Source of the DNA: Octopus sinensis
Taxonomy: Eukaryota
Direction of reading: 5' to 3'
NCBI RefSeq assembly: GCF_006345805.1
Contig: NC_043012.1
Location: forward strand, 31,868,001-31,932,000
DNA: 64,000 nucleotides
Positions 42,444 through 55,716 of the stretch are shown piece by piece; the first letter of the stretch is position 1; every line of letters starts with the position of its first letter. Below the pieces are notes generated by a model. That model was given only the letters and a program-made list of their open reading frames with translations, was not told the origin of the DNA and did no database searches. The position numbers were made by a program, and so were the translations under genes.

Positions 42444-42485
42444 GCTGCATTGAAAAGGGGCAATACCCCGAAACGCGTCTGTAGC
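42444..42485 (+). ncRNA. Minimal hammerhead ribozyme with U3:A8 core (copy 2)
   Basis: Identical to copy 1. Confidence 0.7.
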
Positions 42486-42805
42486 TGCCGGTCAAGTAGT
42501 GTGGAGCGACTGACCTCCCTTGTTCGAAGGTTATATGGATACAGTTTGTGTATCAAATAGCTAACTTAAGGCGATGGCTTCATGGAGCTAATAACCGGAC
42601 AGCTTTTTTCTTATTTTTATAAGAATGCCATATTAGTATGGCGATAACTATTATTTTCCGGGAACGCTGCCGCTGTTCTCTTTTAGAGAGACTTAGTTAT
42701 TTTAATATTTCTATTATTGAAAACAAGTGGATGTATTCCACCGAAACTAGGTAAATAAAACCATCGAACAGAGATTGTCGGAAGCGACACCTACTGGCTG
42801 GCTAC

Positions 42806-42846
42806 GCTGCATTGAAAAGGGGCAATACCCCGAACGCGTCTGTAGC
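42806..42846 (+). ncRNA. Hammerhead copy 3 with GAAA reduced to GAA
   Basis: ccccgaacgcgtc; a one-base loss, possibly a sequencing error. Confidence 0.5.
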
Positions 42847-43113
42847 TACCGGTCAAGTAGTGTGGAGCGACTGACCTCCCTTGTTCGAGGTTATATGGAT
42901 ACAGATTGTGTATCAAATAGCTAACTTAAGGCGATGGCCTCATGGAGCTAATAAGCGGACAGCTTTTTTCTTATTTTTAAAGAATGCCATATTAGTATGG
43001 CGATAACTATTATTTTATATATATATATATATACTATATATATATATAATATTATATATATATTATATATATATATATTATATATATATATATACTATAT
43101 ATATGTATATATA

Positions 43114-43156
<43 letters not shown>

Positions 43157-43171
43157 TATGTATATATATGC

Positions 43172-43204
<33 letters not shown>

Positions 43205-43691
43205 ATATAATATATATATATTATATATATATATATAATATATATATGTATGTAAGTATATACGCAGATAAAAGTACAGATAATTTATAGGTTGGGGTAT
43301 TTTGTATAACTGAAGAGGAAATCATCATTAGAAAGCACAATTCAGAGTGGTCGGTGCCGGGCAGAGATTTGGTTAAACAGGTTAATGAACCGTATACTAT
43401 TGAGAAAACGTGTACTATCAATACCAATATATTTTACAGTTCTATATTTAAGAACAAGCCAAATGATGGCGAGTATCCGTCAATTGTAAATAATGTAAAT
43501 AATGCCAATACAATATTGTCTCAACCTATCAATGGACTGATTGAGTAAAACAATCAATTAACGAACCTCTAATGACTACTGGAAACATCTGTAAGTCAAA
43601 ATCACTGCAGTAAAGAGATATGCAATGTTCATTCTTTATATTTAGGAAGTTCACACCGTTACAGGCACAATATAAGATAAATTTAGATTTT

Positions 43692-44026
43692 GTAGGGTAT
43701 ATAATACCACTTGCTAAAATCAGCGCCAAGGCTTCAAAAACCACCATAAACTTACCATAAAGATACACAGGAGCAATGCAATGAACATGCGAGAGATAGG
43801 CTTACCTTTGCGTTGAATACATCAGTAAGTAATGTATATTTCCATATCAATTGATTTCTCGCTTTGTATGACAAACATACTCTGCGATCTTCAATTGAAG
43901 ATAATATTTTAACATCTATTTCTAAAATATTCACTACATTAGCTCGTGTGCGTTGCTTTATCGTGAGTTTATGGTGGTTTTGGGAGCATTGGCTGTGATT
44001 TTAGCAAGTGGTATTATATACCCTAC
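43692..44026. repeat. Imperfect inverted duplication with 71-bp arms and a 193-bp spacer
   Basis: 43692-43762 vs 43956-44026, about 64/71 identical as reverse complements. Confidence 0.85.
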
Positions 44027-44051
44027 TCAATTTCTCTTTCTCCCATCTCCC

Positions 44052-44153
<102 letters not shown>

Positions 44154-44345
44154 TATCATGATTTCCCTTCGTCCGAGTGATACTAATAACCATTTTTTTA
44201 GAACTCAAGACACATACCATTTAGAATAAAGCGTTAGTGAGTACCGAGTGTAATATTAATTATTGAATGACAAGGGAACAGGAATTAAGTTATTCATTTC
44301 ATTAGTTCACAGTTGTTAGTGATATAAGAAGCAGTAGACTCAGTG

Positions 44346-44415
<70 letters not shown>

Positions 44416-44641
44416 AACTACCTGTCTGTCTGTATATTTGTATGTATGTCTGTATGTCTGTATGTCTGTATGTCTGTCTGTCTCTCTGCCTCCGTCTGTA
44501 TGTGTATATGTATGTCTGAATTTGTATAAATACATTTTTGCATCTTAGATACCTATACATGCGCGCGCGCGTGGTTGCGTGTGTATCCGATTCTTAGAAG
44601 CAGAAGTAACGATGATGGGTTACATGGATTAGCCTAACACT

Positions 44642-45127
44642 ATGAGTAACGACTAGTACGGGGAATGCAACAGGTTAGGATACACGTGAGAATGTCAGAA
44701 CTATGTCTCTCGCACGGAAGGCCGGCGGAAAGCCAGCATGTGAGATCTCCGACCTCGAAACTACATGGGTAAAACTGTTTCAAGTACATCGGACTTGATC
44801 ATAGGGCATGGGAATGTCATAAGGAAGTAGACAGTGGATCATTTTGCATCTGTGGCAAGAGCGGTTACATCTTGAACGAGTGCACGGTGGCTAGCTCCAA
44901 GCGTTGTTATTTTCGTGCTGTAGCTAGTCATATATCTCTTGATTGTTTTACTGAGCGACAGGATGATTACAAATACTATAACAGTGCTGTAGCTTGTCAT
45001 ATAGCTCTTTCTTGTTCTTCTGAGTGACATGATGACTGCAAGTTCTATAACAGTGGTATAACGGCTAACATCTCCAAGAGCTGTCAAAAGTTTGGCAAGA
45101 CGTTCAATGGAGGTCAAGCAGCTAATT
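44642..45127 (+). pseudogene. CNBP: Intronless, decayed CNBP-like multi-CCHC zinc-knuckle pseudogene
   Basis: MSND*Y.ECNRLG..EC, then after a frameshift CFKYIGLDHRAWEC, CICGKSGYILNEC, CYFRAVASHISLDC, YYNSAVACHIALSC and FYNSGITANISKSC. Six knuckle remnants with stops and Cys to Tyr/Ser decay. Confidence 0.7.
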
Positions 45128-45140
45128 ATTCCCTTTTATA

Positions 45141-45354
45141 TGAGTGTGTGGTGAAAAATTCCTGGATTTAAGAGTGTTGCAAAAAGCCTGGTTGGAGGTC
45201 CAACATTCCGAGTTCTTTTAGAGAACTTAGAAAGACTGAAAGACCGCGGCAATAAGTATGTGAATCTGAGAAGTGAATATGTTGACAAAAATGTCTTAAC
45301 TGATCCTTCTATATTTCCTTAAACTCAAAGTCGGGACCTATTAAGTACACCTCG
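45141..45354 (+). mobile_element. Mariner-derived MITE (214 bp)
   Basis: TA|(T/C)GAG.. and ..CTCG|TA ends; internal LERLKDRGNKYVNLRSEYVD resembles a mariner C-terminus. Confidence 0.65.
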
Positions 45355-46048
45355 TATGTAACCCTGTGTTACACATAGAGACAAAAATCTCTGCAAGAAA
45401 TTGTATTAATTTGCTGCTCTAAATATTATTTGGTCCACAGATTGCCCTTCTTTCGATTATTAAACAAAAAATTTGTTTTGCATGCTGCTCTTAGAAACAA
45501 ACGTATCTCATCGGATGAGGAAGTGCCACTACCACCATCCCCGTGGTAGGTGTTGATGTTTGAAACGGGGAAATGCAGCAGTCAAAATACCTCTCCTCTT
45601 CCAGCCCAGACCATCCATATGTTGGAAGGAAGTAACCGATTTCTATGGTGTCTGTGGTGGGTCTAGGTGTGTTATCTTTTTCTTTTTCTTTTTGGTTACA
45701 AATTTCTTCGATAGACTAAACAACTTCACCACCGCTTCCAGCCCTGTTTCCTTACTACTTCCAATATGAATCACTTGCAGAAAGCACATTTGCTCACTGA
45801 AAGTTGTTGAGTAAATAAAATGAAACACTCTCCTAAGCCCGTCCTTGAAATAGATTTCTTTTGCTTGAAAGCGTGATTTTAATTGTATTCTGCTGTCACA
45901 TCCTTGACACACTATTACCCTGTGTACAAAAGGTTTATTCTGCAGTAACTTGCGGCCTGTTCTGTGATAATTTTCTGATAACTGTAATAACTGTGAACCT
46001 GTGTATATGTGTCTATGTTTGTGCGTGTGTGTGTGTGCACGAGAGAGG

Positions 46049-46084
<36 letters not shown>

Positions 46085-46100
46085 AGAGCATTTACTCATA

Positions 46101-46600
46101 CAGGGTTTCCGAGCTAAAATTGAGAATATTTTATGTCACCTTTGTTGAGGAACAGCTTGATGTCTTGGTGAACAGTCAATAGCATTGGAGAGCGAACATA
46201 AAGTTGTTGAATGAAAGGTGGCTGACATAGAAGCTATTAGAACATTGGAAAAAAAAGTTAAATGATTCGCGCCTTTATGACTGCTGTTCAATGCTCCGCG
46301 GACACCGTAACAGTATCCTGTAACAGTTGTAAGATATGACATCATGAAAAAAAGTTCACTTACACTGTGATGGTCTTCGGGTGTCTTGTTCCACATGGCC
46401 TTACGCGTAATTCAGTCTGTTATGTTAAGCTGCTGGAAACTGTAGTTGATGTTTGGTTGGAGACACTTGCTGGTGGAAGGTTATGGCAGTAAAATTCGAC
46501 TCCTAGCCATACCTCCGAAAAGAAGAGGTAATTGGCAGAGAATTTCTACGCCTTCATCAGACTCAATTTCTGGTCTCCTAATCCCCCTGTTTATAATCCT
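46101..46600 (+). mobile_element. DD37D/maT-like transposase remnant
   Basis: TA|CAGGGT start; VMVFGC..GLTRNSVCYVKLLETVVDVWLETLAGGR, then STPSHTS..LAENFYAF..FWSPN. Right end not located. Confidence 0.7.
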
Positions 46601-46765
46601 TTTTACCAAAGACACAAGATCTGAAATTTAGTGGGAGGGGACCAACCAATTATACTAACCCACGTGTTAGCTTTGTGTATTTTATTTAATTTTAAAGTAT
46701 TTAATAATATAAATATTGTTTTAGTTTTCACTTACGTATATTTAGTTTTTTCACATATATATATA

Positions 46766-48264
46766 TCTCTTATTATAAAAGGCAGATTTTATCTGCCTCC
46801 CTTTGGGAGTTATACAAATCTACAATATAGGATTTCTTCAATTACAATTTACCTAGCAGTTTTAAGAGTATAATGCATCGCGTCATGCCAGGTCCAGTTT
46901 TTAAAATTTAAACTCCAATTAAGCAAAATTTACAGAAAACTCACATTCTGGTGTGTGTGTCAAATGCTTTTCTTAGTCTGGTTTACACCACACGCAAACG
47001 CACACACACAGTGGGCAAGGAATAAAATGAAAGTAATTCACTTACTGTAGTGAGTGATCTTTCACTCTGCCTCCCACTTCCGATTTACACACATAGAAAA
47101 AACTTTTATTTTTTTACATAAGTAATGAGAGCGAAAGAGACTAAGATAAAGCGATTGTATGACGAGGGAAGTTCCTTTGAAGTTACCGTGCATGGGACTC
47201 ATTGATGTACATGTGTGTGTGTGTGTGTGTTTGATGGAGTGTGGGAGACAGACAGTATGTTGTGTAAGTGAAGTGCTTCTGTTAGTGTGTGTGAAGAGAC
47301 AGAGAGAGTAATGTGTGAAAGAGAGAGATAACTGAAATTTTTTACTCGGTTTATGTGTATATGTATGTATGCATGTATGTGTGTGTGTGTGTGTGTATGT
47401 ATGTGTGTGTTATGTATGTATTTATATATAAAAGAAAGGTTGTGTGTCTGTCTACTCCGATTTAGATTCCTAACTACTCCCACATTTTGGCGATGCAGTT
47501 TAACCAAAACCGGGTATCTTATAGTCGTGATTCATATCGAGCCCTTCTGGGTATTAGCGCGCGTCTACGATGAGTCTATGATTTTACAAATAATTTACCA
47601 TCATTTTTTTCCATTTTAATGCATATTTTTAAAAATAAACGGAAGTAACTCTCAAACTTCACACCAATATGCGTGCTCATATGCGACGTAATATCACATC
47701 ACCAGCATTTCCTCACACTCTCCTTGCACTTGGCGAAGGCAAAATACCAGGGGATGAAAATGGTAATATTGCCATCGATTCCATTTGTACCATTGTTAAG
47801 ACGCCTTCTGATCTCAGAGATGCAGTGTTCCCAGATTTACAAGCTAATTATCAGAATATGGATTGGATTGGCAAAAAGGCTATACTGGCCCCGAGGAATA
47901 AAACTGTTCACCATATTAATGATGAAATGCTAAAACTCATTCCTGGGGAAGTCGATGTATATCAGTCTATCGATACAACTCCTGACCCAGAGGACGTCAT
48001 CAACTATCCAATAGAGGTACTCCATTCCTTTGAGCACCCCGGACTACCACCACACTTTCTCAAACTTAAAGTTAGTGCCCCTATAATGCTCATCAGAATT
48101 TGGTTCCCCCAAAACAATGCAATGGCACACGTTTGGCGTTAAGTCCTTATCTCCCACCGTAAGCTTATTTCAATATTTGCCTGAATAATCATCATAATTC
48201 AGTGCAATCATTAACAGTACTTTCAAGCAATTCAGCCCCGAGCAACGCCGGGCAATTCTGCTAG
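46766..48264 (+). mobile_element. Composite Helitron (family A 5' end, family B segment, PIF1 helicase fragment, 3' hairpin-CTAG)
   Basis: A|TC at 46766; family B block at about 47425-47650; cccgagcaacgccggg..CTAG|T ending at 48264. Confidence 0.8.
47669..48142 (+). pseudogene. Helitron PIF1 helicase fragment
   Basis: LLALGEGK..DWIGKKAILAPRN..IN..YQSID..NYPIEVLHS..PGLPPHFLKLKVSAPIMLIR. Confidence 0.9.
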
Positions 48265-48320
48265 TATATATATATAAAGTATATTTATTAATTGATTATG
48301 TTATTGTTCTAGTTTATTTT

Positions 48321-48409
48321 TAACCTGATGAGTGACTGTATTTATGTCGAAGTGATTTCTCTACTACTATAATCATTTTTTAAATATAGCCACGAAACAC
48401 GTGCCGTTA
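48321..48409 (+). ncRNA. Hammerhead ribozyme relic (cleavage triplet reads GCC)
   Basis: TAAC/GTTA stem I; CTGATGA at 48325; stem II gtgactgtatt/aatatagccac; GAAAC-ACGT-GCC. Confidence 0.65.
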
Positions 48410-48569
48410 TTCTACAAATTATATACGGTTTTTATTATTATTTTTGTTTGCAATTTACTTAATCATTGACATTTTATTGTTATTTTAATTTTAATATTGG
48501 TATTATATGTAATTTTCTAGATGGTGTAATTTAATTGTACATTTTGAATTGATAAAATGTGCTTTTTTC

Positions 48570-48616
<47 letters not shown>

Positions 48617-49524
48617 CTATGTGTGTATGTTTGTGATTTATTAAATTCTGAAATCCATCATGAATGTTACATATTCTCATCTTTAGGATGAAATGATGTT
48701 TGATATATTACTTCCCTTTAAGACGCTGAAGGCAGCAGGGAAAAAGTCATCAAACATTTTATTTATAAGATGATACAGGGCAGACGTCGCGGAGGATTCT
48801 AACGGGAGTAGTTAAGTAAGATGAGGACATATATCAGAATTGTCAAACTCTTTGGGCTTTGGGACGTTAGTGAAGGGTTAAATAGATTTTGTAGGCTCGA
48901 AATGGATAACTGTTTCTATAAACGTTATTCAAAATATGGCCAAAGTAAAAGGATTAAGGCCTCAATATGCATTATAAGAATATTAATAACAACAACAAAA
49001 GAAGGGAAATAATACGATGCTTTAGAAAGATTTGTGTACAGAAATGTGTAGGAAAACGAGTCACACGGATTACAAACAGATACAAACAGCACAGCATAAA
49101 CTAACGGAGTCTTAAATATATTGCTGCTGAATATTGAAAGGAAATAGAAATAATATGCTGTTTTGTAGTTTCATTCACATACAAATGTATACTCCTTCTG
49201 TAAGTTCTCTCTCAATGCTAAACATTCAAATATGGCGTGTCCTATATTTACTCACTATAATGTATGATGAATGATATGAGGGTGGTGAAGCATTCAGTAT
49301 ATGATGGAGATATAGCATCTCTTTCAACATTTGAAAATGTTCAGCCACCTTCATTTCATATTTTCCTAACTATGGCTGAATTGACATTTAGGAAAAGAGA
49401 AATATGAGATCATCTACGTGTGGGGAAGACAACTAAGGTTCACCAGTATCCTGGCTGCTCAGAAATAGTGGGTGAAAAGTATGCTGGTTGTAATGAGATC
49501 TGGTTTCCCCAAATAAATAATGTA

Positions 49525-49941
49525 CCGTATATACTCGGCTATAAATAGCACTTTTTTTTTCCCCCTGAAATTTTCGCCTAAAGTTGGGGGTGCGACATAT
49601 AAACACATTTTATAAAAAAAAACATCAGATATTTTCTAGGTGCAAGCCACGTCTAAAGTTTCGATTCTTGGAATAATCGAAAAAGATAGAATTTTACATT
49701 ATAAGCAATGGGCTTAATGGACTTAATGGGATAACGGTTGTTGAAAGTCAACTTCAGCTTACTAAAAGCTCGGTTACTGAACAGCAACTATATCGGAGCA
49801 ATGTCTACTCGAACTTTGCTTTCCAACATCAAAAAAGTCGCTGCGGCTTATAGTCGGGTCAATAATAAAATTCCCGATTTGAACCTTGTAAGACGGGGTT
49901 CGTCTTATAGGCGAGGGCGTTTTATGTTTGAGTATTTACGG
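49525..49941. mobile_element. pogo/Tc2-like MITE (417 bp)
   Basis: TA|ccgtatatactc.. and ..gagtatttacgg|TA terminal inverted repeats. Confidence 0.75.
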
Positions 49942-50119
49942 TAGTTGATAGTATAGACACAAACCACATCCAGAAGCAGCCCAAGAAAAGAAGCAAGTAA
50001 CAGCTTGAGAGAAAGAATATTTTCTCACTTCCACTCCGCTCTAATATCTCAAAGGTGGTGGATACATCCTTTAACAAGTATGTTCTATAACTCCTCAAAT
50101 CATCTCTGTCTTTCTTTCT

Positions 50120-52360
50120 CTTACTCTTTCACTTATTCTATCTCTTTTTCTCTCTCTCTCTCTCTTTCTCTTACTCTTTCACTTATTCTGTCTCTTTTTC
50201 TTTTCTTTTTCTTTCTTCTTTCTTCTCCACATCTCTCTCTTTTCCCCTCTCTCTTTTCTTTCTCTTTCACATATTCTGTCTCTTTTTCTCCCTCTCTTTC
50301 TCTTACTCTTTCACATATCTTCTGTCTCTTTTTTTCTCTTCTTTTCCCTCCCCTCTCTCTTTCTCTTACTCTTTCCACTATTCTGATTCTTTTCTCTTTT
50401 TCTTCTCTTCTCTTTTCTTTCTTTTCTTTTCTCCCTCTCTCTTCTCTTACTCTTTTACTTATTCTGTCGCTTTTTCTCCCTCTCTCTTTCTCTTACTCTT
50501 TCACATATTCTGTCTCTTTTTCTCCCTCTCACCTTCTCTTACTCTTTTACTTATTCTGTCGCTTTTTCTCCCTCTCTCTTTCTCTTACTCATTCACTTAT
50601 TCTGTCTCTTTTCTCTCTCTCTCTTTCTCTTACTCTTTCACATATTCTGTCTCTTTTTCTCCCTCTCTCTTTCTCTTACTCTTTCACATATTCTATCTCT
50701 TTTTCTCCCTCTCTCTTTCTCTTACTCTTTCACTTATTCTGTCTCTTTTTCTCTCTCTCCTTCTCTTACTCTTTCACTTATTCTGTCTCTTTTTTTCTCT
50801 CTCTCTTTCTCTTACTCTTTCACATATTCTGTCTCTTTTTCTCCCTCTCTCTTTCTCTTACTCTTTCACTTATTCTGTCTCTTTTCTCTCTCTCTCTTTC
50901 TCTTACTCTTTCACATATTCTGTCTCTTTTTCTCCCTCTCTCTTTGTCTCACTCTTTCACATATTCTGTCTCTTTTTCTCCCTCTCTCTTTCTCTTACTC
51001 TTTCACTTATTCTGTCTCTTTTTCTCTCTCTCCTTCTCTTACTCTTTCACTTATTCTGTCTTTTTTTCTCTCTCTCTTTCTCTTACTCTTTCACATATTC
51101 TGTCTCTTTTTCTCCCTCTCTCTTTCTCTTACTCTTTCACTTATTCTGTCTCTTTTTCTCTCTCTCTCTTTCTCTTACTCTTTCACATATTCTGTCTCTT
51201 TTTCTCCCTCTCTCTTTCTCTTACTCTTTCACATATTCTGTCTCTTTTTCTCTCTCTCTTTCTCTTACTCTTTCACTTATTCTGTCTCTTTTCTCTCTCT
51301 CTATCTCTTACTCATTCACTTATTCTGTCTCTTTTCTCCCTCTCTCTTTCTCTTACTCTTTCACTTATTCTGTCTCTTTTCTCTCTCTCTCTTTCTCTTA
51401 CTCTTTCACATATTCTGTCTCTTTTTCTCCCTCTCTCTTTCTCTTACTCTTTCACATATCCTGTCTGTTTTCCTCCCTCTCTCTTTCTCTTACTCTTTCA
51501 CTTATTCTTATCTTTTCTCTCTCTCTCTTTCTCTTACTCTTTCACTTATTCTGTCTCTTTTTCTCTCTCTCTCTCTTTCTCTTACTCTTTCACTTATTCT
51601 GTCTCTTTTTCTCCCTCTCTCCTTCTCTTACTCTTTCACTTATTCTGTCTCTTTTTCTCTCTCTCTCTTTCACTTACTCTTTCACTTATTCTGTCTCTTT
51701 TTCTCTCTCTCTTTCTCTTACTCTTTCACTTATTCTGTCTCTTTTTCTCTCTCTCTTTCTCTTACTCTTTCACTTATTCTGTCTCTTTTCCTCCCTCTCT
51801 CTTTCTCTTACGCCTTCACATATTCTGTCTTTTTTTCTATCTATTTTTCTCTTACTCTTTAACTTAGTCTGTCTTTTTGTCTCTCTTTTCTTCTACTCTT
51901 TCACTTATTCTGTCCTTTTTTCTCTCTCTTTCTCTTAACTCTTTCAAATATCTGTCTCTTTTCTCTATCTCTTTCTTACTCTTTCATTATTATGTACTTT
52001 TTTCTCTCTCTTTCTCTACTCTTTCAATTATTCTGTCTCTTTCTCTCTCTCTTTCTCTTACTCATTCACTTATTCTGTCTCTTTTTCTCTCTGTTTCTTT
52101 TACTCTTTCACTTATTCTGTCTCTTTTTCTCTCTCTCTTTCTCTTTCTCTTTCACTTATTCTGTCTATTTTTCTCTCTCTCTTTCTCTTACTCTTTCACT
52201 TATTCTGTCTCTTTCTCTCTCTCTTTCTCTTACCCTTTCTCTTATTATGTCTCTTCTTCTTCTCTCTCTCTCTTTCTCTTGCTCTTTCTCTTTCTCTCTT
52301 ACTCTTTCTCTTATTGTGTCTCTTTTTCTCTCCCTCTATCTCTTACTCTTTCTTTCTCTC
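50120..52360. repeat. CT-rich minisatellite, ~42-46-bp unit, ~2.2 kb
   Basis: Unit ctctctttctcttactctttcac(a/t)tattctgtctcttttt(ctcc) repeated, decaying at both edges. Confidence 0.95.
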
Positions 52361-53085
52361 TCCCCCACTTTCTCTGTCACGTTAATGACCACAAGTACGA
52401 CTTCAGTAACGCTGGCTCAAATTGAGTCCACACTTTAGGGAAATTTTGTGATAACACTGTAGTGCCAAGTGCAATTTCTTTCCCTTTCTCCCTGCTCTTC
52501 TCATCGTTTCTTGTCAGTTCTGCTAGCATTTCAGCTTATATAGTTCCCATTTGAGAAACAACTCTTGAACAATGCATTACCACTTCACGTTTCTTCCAAA
52601 GAATTCACGCGAAAAAGTAACTGTTTCACTAATTTTATTTATAATATAATGAAGCTTTGGGTCAAACTATGTAGCTTTGATAAACGTGTCCTTCAATATG
52701 TTTATTTAATCTAATCTTATTACGAAACTGAATCTAAGCTTTGTTAAGCAACAAATATCCAAGTTCTTTTAATCTGCCCATGTGTTTTCGCATAGATTGT
52801 TGTATTTATAAATGTAAGAATACATTCACTTTACAAACAAACATAGATACACACACACATACACACGCAAACATACACTCACACACACACACCCGTATGT
52901 ATATATATATATATACATATATGTGTGCGCGTGTTGTGTGTGTGTATATATACCATACATACATACATACATACATACATACATACAAAGTACATATACA
53001 CACGCACATATGTACTACATTTGTGAGACTTCTAGTCTAGATACAATATATATATATATATAATATATATATATATATAGTGTGT

Positions 53086-53118
<33 letters not shown>

Positions 53119-55391
53119 ATGTATGTATGTAGGTATATGCATATATATATAAAAATATTTTCATACACGCATATACGCGCGCACACACACACACACACAC
53201 AGAAATTCACACATACACACACATATATAGGTATTTAACTTCTTCATACATCTATTGTATGTATGCCTACGCACACATATACACATTCATCTTCCCTTGC
53301 ATATATAACTATATGATTAATAACATTGGTAGAAATATGTGTTTAGATTCCTAATTTGTCACTTGCTGCTGGCGATTCAAAGGATACATCAGGAGCGATT
53401 AATTGAGTTAAGTTCTGTTGCATAAAATTTGCATTTCTCATCTGATACGATTGATAAGAAGCAATAATCATCTCTTCGTACAGTATTTGATTTTGCTTTG
53501 CTCAAAATCATTCACCGGGTTAAATGTGTGTTCTGAAGTTTTGAAAAGCCTCTGGAATAAATAGAATTATAATATGCATTAATCAACTCAAGAATATGGG
53601 CGACACAGAAATGCTGAACATATTCCTATGCCATTAAATATCAATGGATATACATACATATCCCTTTACATATATACTCAGATGTATGTATGTCTATATG
53701 CACACAAATACACAGACAAACACACACGCTCGAACACGCACACACAGAGATAGTTGAATGTTTGTATATACGCGTATATACATTGATATATATTTATATT
53801 AACTACGTGAAGATTGAAAGACTTCATTATAGCGTTTGCAACATAACGGTAAACGTGGCACATATTTGACAATTAAATCTGATAAATTAACACATAGAAT
53901 ATTAATAAAAAATGATACCTTTAGCAACAATCGTGAAGTTTTTGAAAATTGAATATAATGACACATTAACAAGACAAGTATTACAAGCGCACACATACGT
54001 GTGTGTATTTATATATATACGTGTGTGTATGTATGTATGTATGTATGTATGTATGTATGTATGTATGTATGTATGTATGTATGTATGTATGTATGTATAT
54101 ATATATAATATATATGTAGGTATTTATGTGTGTGTGTTTATGTCTATTATCTTCTCGGGATAACTCACTTTAAGATATACCAAAACTATTTCAGATTTCA
54201 TTATCGTTCGGAATAGCACAAATTGAAAGTGATGTGAAGATATTAATATTGCAATGGTGGGGTTAACTGTTTGAGAACATAAGCCAAGATCAAGTGGTGA
54301 GCTATGAAGAACCTAAGCTTGTGTTTGTATATTTGCAGTGATTTTTATCAGCGATAGCATCTCGAATTAGAGTTCAAAAATGATTAAACGAATTAACTAA
54401 AATAACGCTGAAAATTGAAAGACTACACTTCTTTGATAATTGCTTTATTCGAAACAGAATACAATAAATATAAGAAAGACCGGATATTATTTGCAAGCAT
54501 AATGCGTTACATAAGGAATGAGTATAAATTTATTAGGTTATAAAATAATTGGCTCTGATTATCATTGAAAGTTTTCCACCTTCGTTATAAAGGCCTTAAT
54601 CTTGAAACAGAACTTCACAGTTCTAGTAGTTCGTATTGATTTCAATATTTACTGATACTACATTTCGCGACTCCTGCGAGATCTGAAACTAGCATGCAAC
54701 TGATTATAACTTTATGCGGATTGAGAGACTTTAGAAAGACTACAATGCTTAAATATACAAAATGTTCAGTGTATTTTACATAAATTGAAAAGTGTAAAGT
54801 TATTTCACAAAAATTACGAATCAAATAGTTTATTAATATACAAAACCATGTATTAATGTGAAAAAGAACTTTCATCTAGATCTCCATTCTTCCGGTAAGT
54901 CACCAGGGGTAAGTTTTATATTTTATCATATACACGGGTGAGCCAATGATATGTGAGGAGAGATTTATAGAAGAAAAAACATGTGGAAGTCTATCGTATG
55001 TGAATAAGCAAAGCACGCAAGGTACGTCAGAATAAATATAACGACAAAGAAATTTAATAAGCAAAAAAAAAAAAAACCCTTTCAGATGTATGAAATTAGA
55101 TATAATTTCAATAACAAGTTATGCAATGAAAGCACCCACAAAATCAATGACCGCGAGATAAGTGGCTGCATGCTATAATCAGCAAGTTCCCATTAACGTT
55201 GACTGTCATGGACATGTCGGCAAATTTCAACGTGACCTTAATATAAAGTGTCCTAGACGTTATAGCTGAAGTGGCTCGAATTACGAGAGACGGGAAGCCA
55301 TTGTCGGGCGCTCACATCATTGTGAAAATTTGTGCGCGGACAGGATGCCGAATGCACTTTTGCCGAAGGACAACGAGCCGAAGCCAAGAAG

Positions 55392-55551
55392 CCGAACAGA
55401 TACAATGCCGAATGGACACAATACCGGACGAACACAATGTCGAACGGGCATAAAACCGAACGGACAAAATGCTGAACAGACACAATACCGAACGGATATA
55501 AAACAGGACGGACACAATGCCGAACGGACATAAAGTCGAAAGGACACCATA
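55392..55551. repeat. 16-bp minisatellite, 10 units (consensus ccgaacggacacaatg)
   Basis: Direct alignment of ten consecutive 16-mers. Confidence 0.9.
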
Positions 55552-55680
55552 ACAACAACAACTATAATAATAATAACTTTCTACCGACATAATTTAATGG
55601 CCAATTCACCAATTAGGCACTTAACGAAATCAAAAATAGTTAATCTCGAAAACATCTTTCTCAAATGCATAATAATAATC

Positions 55681-55716
<36 letters not shown>

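Noticed and set aside
50005-52438. 620-aa, 182-aa and 148-aa ORFs rich in L/S/F
   Set aside because: They are translations of the CT-rich minisatellite, whose pyrimidine strand lacks stop codons.
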